Part shown: in pieces, positions 61,205 to 64,000 of the stretch
How the letters are laid out: each line of letters starts with the position of its first letter
How positions within the stretch are numbered: the stretch's first letter is position 1
Source of the DNA: Waterburya sp.
GTDB taxonomy: Bacteria > Cyanobacteriota > Cyanobacteriia > Cyanobacteriales > Xenococcaceae
Assembly: GCA_965217895.1 (NCBI GenBank)
Contig: CBDCJV010000002.1
Coordinates: 992,001-1,056,000, forward strand
Direction of reading: 5' to 3'
DNA length: 64,000 bases
Program-made: the position numbers and the translations under genes
The notes under the pieces: model-generated
Databases searched by the model: none
Told to the model about the DNA's origin: nothing
What the model saw: the letters and a program-made list of their open reading frames with translations, nothing else

Positions 61205-63646
61205 TTATTCTTCAGTTTCTAATATTGTGTTGGTTAGATTGGCGTTGTCTAACTGGGTATTGTTGAGATTGGTATTAAATAAATTAGCACCAATTAGCTT
61301 GGCGTTGGTTAAGTTGGCGTTGCTTAAATCGGCTGCAATTAATTTGGCATTAGTTAAGTTTGTCCCTGCTAAGTTGGCGTAGCTTAAGTCTGCTTCGATT
61401 AGATTGACGTTAACTAAACTGAGGTGAGATAAATCTGCCTTATGTAAATTGGCATAGCGAAAATTAGTTCTACCCAAAGCGTATCCCTGGATTAAATTGG
61501 AGCGATCGCTTATTCTTAATTCTCTTTGAGGTAAACTTTTTACAGTGAAGGTTATTTTGTTTTCGCTCTTAATTAATTGCCATAACTCTTGATAAAGAGC
61601 ATAATCGCCGATACCGCTAATATTTACCCAGGCTCTAGTACGAGTCAAGGCGACAAATAACTGGTTACGTAGAAATATATTACCTTCATCTTGAGCAATC
61701 CGATCCAAGCCAATCAAATAAACAAAATCCGCTTCTTGTCCTTTTGCACGGTAGATAGTAGAAATAGTAACTGCCCCTGAATGCCAAAATTGATTTGCAT
61801 TACGTTGTTCGGCGGGAGTATTTAAACAGTTAACTGTGCTTTGGGTAGGTAGATAAATATTTATTCCCTGGTTAATTAAAAAGATTGCAGTTTGTTTTAC
61901 CAAGGAAGAAAGATCATAAGAATTACCCAAAACTATAATTAGAATTTCTCGATCTGGCTGTAAATTATCTTGAGTTATATTGTGTTTAATTTTAGAAGCT
62001 AAGGTAGTTAATTCTTGTTGGCGAGAAGAAAAGCTATCAAAGCCAATCATTTCTCCTTGCCATAGCTCATTAATAATATTAGGTGAATTATGTCTTTGCA
62101 GAGTAATGGTGTTTCCTAATTGCCAATTACCAGTTAGCCGATATCCTAATGCTTGCCATTCCTCAGTACAGCTAGAGCCTGTTAGTATACCTTTATTTCT
62201 TAATAATCCCATAGCGATCGCATGAGCGATAATTATGATCTGTTGGGGTGTACGATAACAGCGGGAGATTATTTCCGTTTTACTTATTTGCTGATTATAT
62301 TGCCCCGTCACTAAATGCCCTAATTTCTCACCAAACAATTCTACGGGTTCAGGAATATTCAGACTATCCAAGCTTTGTAGTTCATCATAAGCCCAAATCA
62401 GTCGTCGTTGCTGAGGAGAAATTGGATTGACGGGACGCAAAGATTGATAGGCTAACCAGTAAAAAGGTTGTTTATTTTGATATTTCCAATTGTTAATAAT
62501 TAAATCTTGTCCTTCGTCTATTAAAACCGCATCAAATAGCTGAGGAATTGTTTTATTTTCTAGTAACTGTACACAAGCTTCTGCCAATGCCTCATTCGGT
62601 TTTTTACTACTAGTGAAAGGCACAGCTAGAGGTAAAGTACCCGTAGCTTTACAGACGGTGCTATAAAAACCAGGCTGTTGTTTACTTCCCCAGGCATGAA
62701 ATATTTTTAAATTAGATTTTTCTGGATTATAGCTTAATTGCTCTTGTGTAAAATGCCGTATCCATTTATTGACCTGTTGAGTAATAGACTCATATAAACT
62801 TCGCGAAAAAAAGACTAAGGCAATCTGCCATTCTGGATATTTGACGGTCATCAAAGCTGCTTTTTGACAGAGTAAAATAGTCTTTCCCGAACCAGCAATT
62901 CCTCTAATTCTTTGCATTCCTGGCGGAATTTGTTTAGCAATCTTTTCCTGTTGCAAATCTAACTGATTTAGACGCGATCGCACCTGTTGCAAAATTTGCC
63001 TACGGCTATAGGGTGAACAAGACAAACGCTCACACGCTGGGGTATAAATAGGAGTGCCACCCAAAACTGCTAACAGTAATTCCCATTGAGTAGAGGTTAA
63101 ACTATCGCCTGCAATAACAGGATTTGTATTGCTAATTAGTTCTATAATTAATTGTGATGAGGCAAGATGTTCTGAAAATAATATTGGAGGAGAATAAGGT
63201 AGTTTATTAAAACCTTTCTCTTGCCATTGCATTTTAGTAATATAGGGTAAGGCGACAATTGCTCTAGCAGTAACTTTCTGCCTTAATAAAGGTTCGCGAT
63301 CGCTATACTCTAACAAAGCAAGTAATTGATTTTCTGCCTGTTGATATGGATTGCCAAATTTAGTATAAAAATCTTTATATTCCCAGCGATGTCCTTGAAT
63401 ATTAACGAACTGTTCAATCCTAACTGCTTTAACTTCAATTACAATTAATCCTAGTTTATAATCAGCAATCAAAATATCAGGTTCTTTGCGAAACTTGCCA
63501 GCCCGAGAGAAAATGGGATAACGCCAATATGCAATACAAATACGGGATTCAAAGGCTCTTTTAACGCTATCCCAAACTAGTCTCTCCCCTACTTCTCCTT
63601 TATTTTCTAATGCTTCTGTTTGAATAAACTTATTTAGATTATTCAT
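61205..63646 (-). CDS. NERD nuclease-SF1 (UvrD-like) helicase-pentapeptide repeat protein
   Basis: EPDILI..IEVK..NPYQQ, GIAGSGKT, IDEGQD, YDELQ, YRTP, TIYRAKGQE and FVALTR, with C-terminal pentapeptides. Start at ATG 63646. Confidence 0.88.
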   Translation of the reverse strand: MNNLNKFIQTEALENKGEVGERLVWDSVKRAFESRICIAYWRYPIFSRAGKFRKEPDILIADYKLGLIVIEVKAVRIEQFVNIQGHRWEYKDFYTKFGNPYQQAENQLLALLEYSDREPLLRQKVTARAIVALPYITKMQWQEKGFNKLPYSPPILFSEHLASSQLIIELISNTNPVIAGDSLTSTQWELLLAVLGGTPIYTPACERLSCSPYSRRQILQQVRSRLNQLDLQQEKIAKQIPPGMQRIRGIAGSGKTILLCQKAALMTVKYPEWQIALVFFSRSLYESITQQVNKWIRHFTQEQLSYNPEKSNLKIFHAWGSKQQPGFYSTVCKATGTLPLAVPFTSSKKPNEALAEACVQLLENKTIPQLFDAVLIDEGQDLIINNWKYQNKQPFYWLAYQSLRPVNPISPQQRRLIWAYDELQSLDSLNIPEPVELFGEKLGHLVTGQYNQQISKTEIISRCYRTPQQIIIIAHAIAMGLLRNKGILTGSSCTEEWQALGYRLTGNWQLGNTITLQRHNSPNIINELWQGEMIGFDSFSSRQQELTTLASKIKHNITQDNLQPDREILIIVLGNSYDLSSLVKQTAIFLINQGINIYLPTQSTVNCLNTPAEQRNANQFWHSGAVTISTIYRAKGQEADFVYLIGLDRIAQDEGNIFLRNQLFVALTRTRAWVNISGIGDYALYQELWQLIKSENKITFTVKSLPQRELRISDRSNLIQGYALGRTNFRYANLHKADLSHLSLVNVNLIEADLSYANLAGTNLTNAKLIAADLSNANLTNAKLIGANLFNTNLNNTQLDNANLTNTILETEE

Positions 63647-63776
63647 TTGAAAATATATTGCTAAAATCAATTTTCAACAAAATTAGAAATATAAAAATAT
63701 TTGAAATAGACTACGCTTTAACAATATATTAACTTTTATTGTCATATAGTAAACGAAAGCTGCATTAGAAGAATTA

Positions 63777-64000
63777 ATGAACACCCCAAAACAGATTGTT
63801 GAACAGTGTGTAGAAAAATCTGACTCTAGATTCGATCTATGGATTCGTCTGGTAGACTCCTACAAGGTCAAAAGTATGGCAGAAGTGGGAGTCTATAAAG
63901 GTGATTTCGCTTATCAACTGCTCCAAAAGTGCGATTCAATCGAAAAATACTTTATGATCGATCCTTGGCGACACCTAAGGGACTGGAGTAAACCAGCAAA
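63777..64000 (+). CDS. Class I SAM-dependent methyltransferase (Methyltransf_24-like), 3'-truncated by the window edge
   Basis: MNTPKQ...MAEVGVYKGDFA...YFMIDPW; frame is open to the end of the window. Confidence 0.75.
   Translation, partial: MNTPKQIVEQCVEKSDSRFDLWIRLVDSYKVKSMAEVGVYKGDFAYQLLQKCDSIEKYFMIDPWRHLRDWSKPA

Larger units (their letters stand above)
241..63303. repeat. HIP1 octamer GCGATCGC dispersed through the window
   Basis: Dozens of copies, e.g. 241, 9743, 9850, 12341, 23701, 38409. Confidence 0.95.

Overview
AT-rich cyanobacterial chromosome segment. The HIP1 octamer GCGATCGC is very frequent, and the gene set (sigC, ftsH3, nblR, pirA, SLH porin, pentapeptide proteins) is cyanobacterial. 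Housekeeping genes (lipA, lepB, dapL, hisC, glyA, nadK, cinA) alternate with accessory blocks. These blocks are: a decaying general-stress island (1-2.7 kb); a compact ATP-grasp RiPP (graspetide-like) cluster with a non-microviridin precursor (10.1-12.3 kb); a purine-scavenging neighbourhood whose permease and porin share a palindromic operator (12.4-23 kb); and a sulfated-polysaccharide locus headed by a broken CapD-EAL fusion gene that an IS630 has hit (36-44.4 kb). The most unusual non-coding signal is a pair of 48-nt hairpin insertions. They share the same target (TCAA^AG) and the same stem geometry but differ in sequence, and they sit in-frame in two unrelated genes. The window also holds several MITEs, REP/SDR-like repeats and an apparent HIP1-to-HIP1 deletion. 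No rRNA, tRNA or CRISPR array was seen. All family assignments come from motif recognition by eye; no database search was run.
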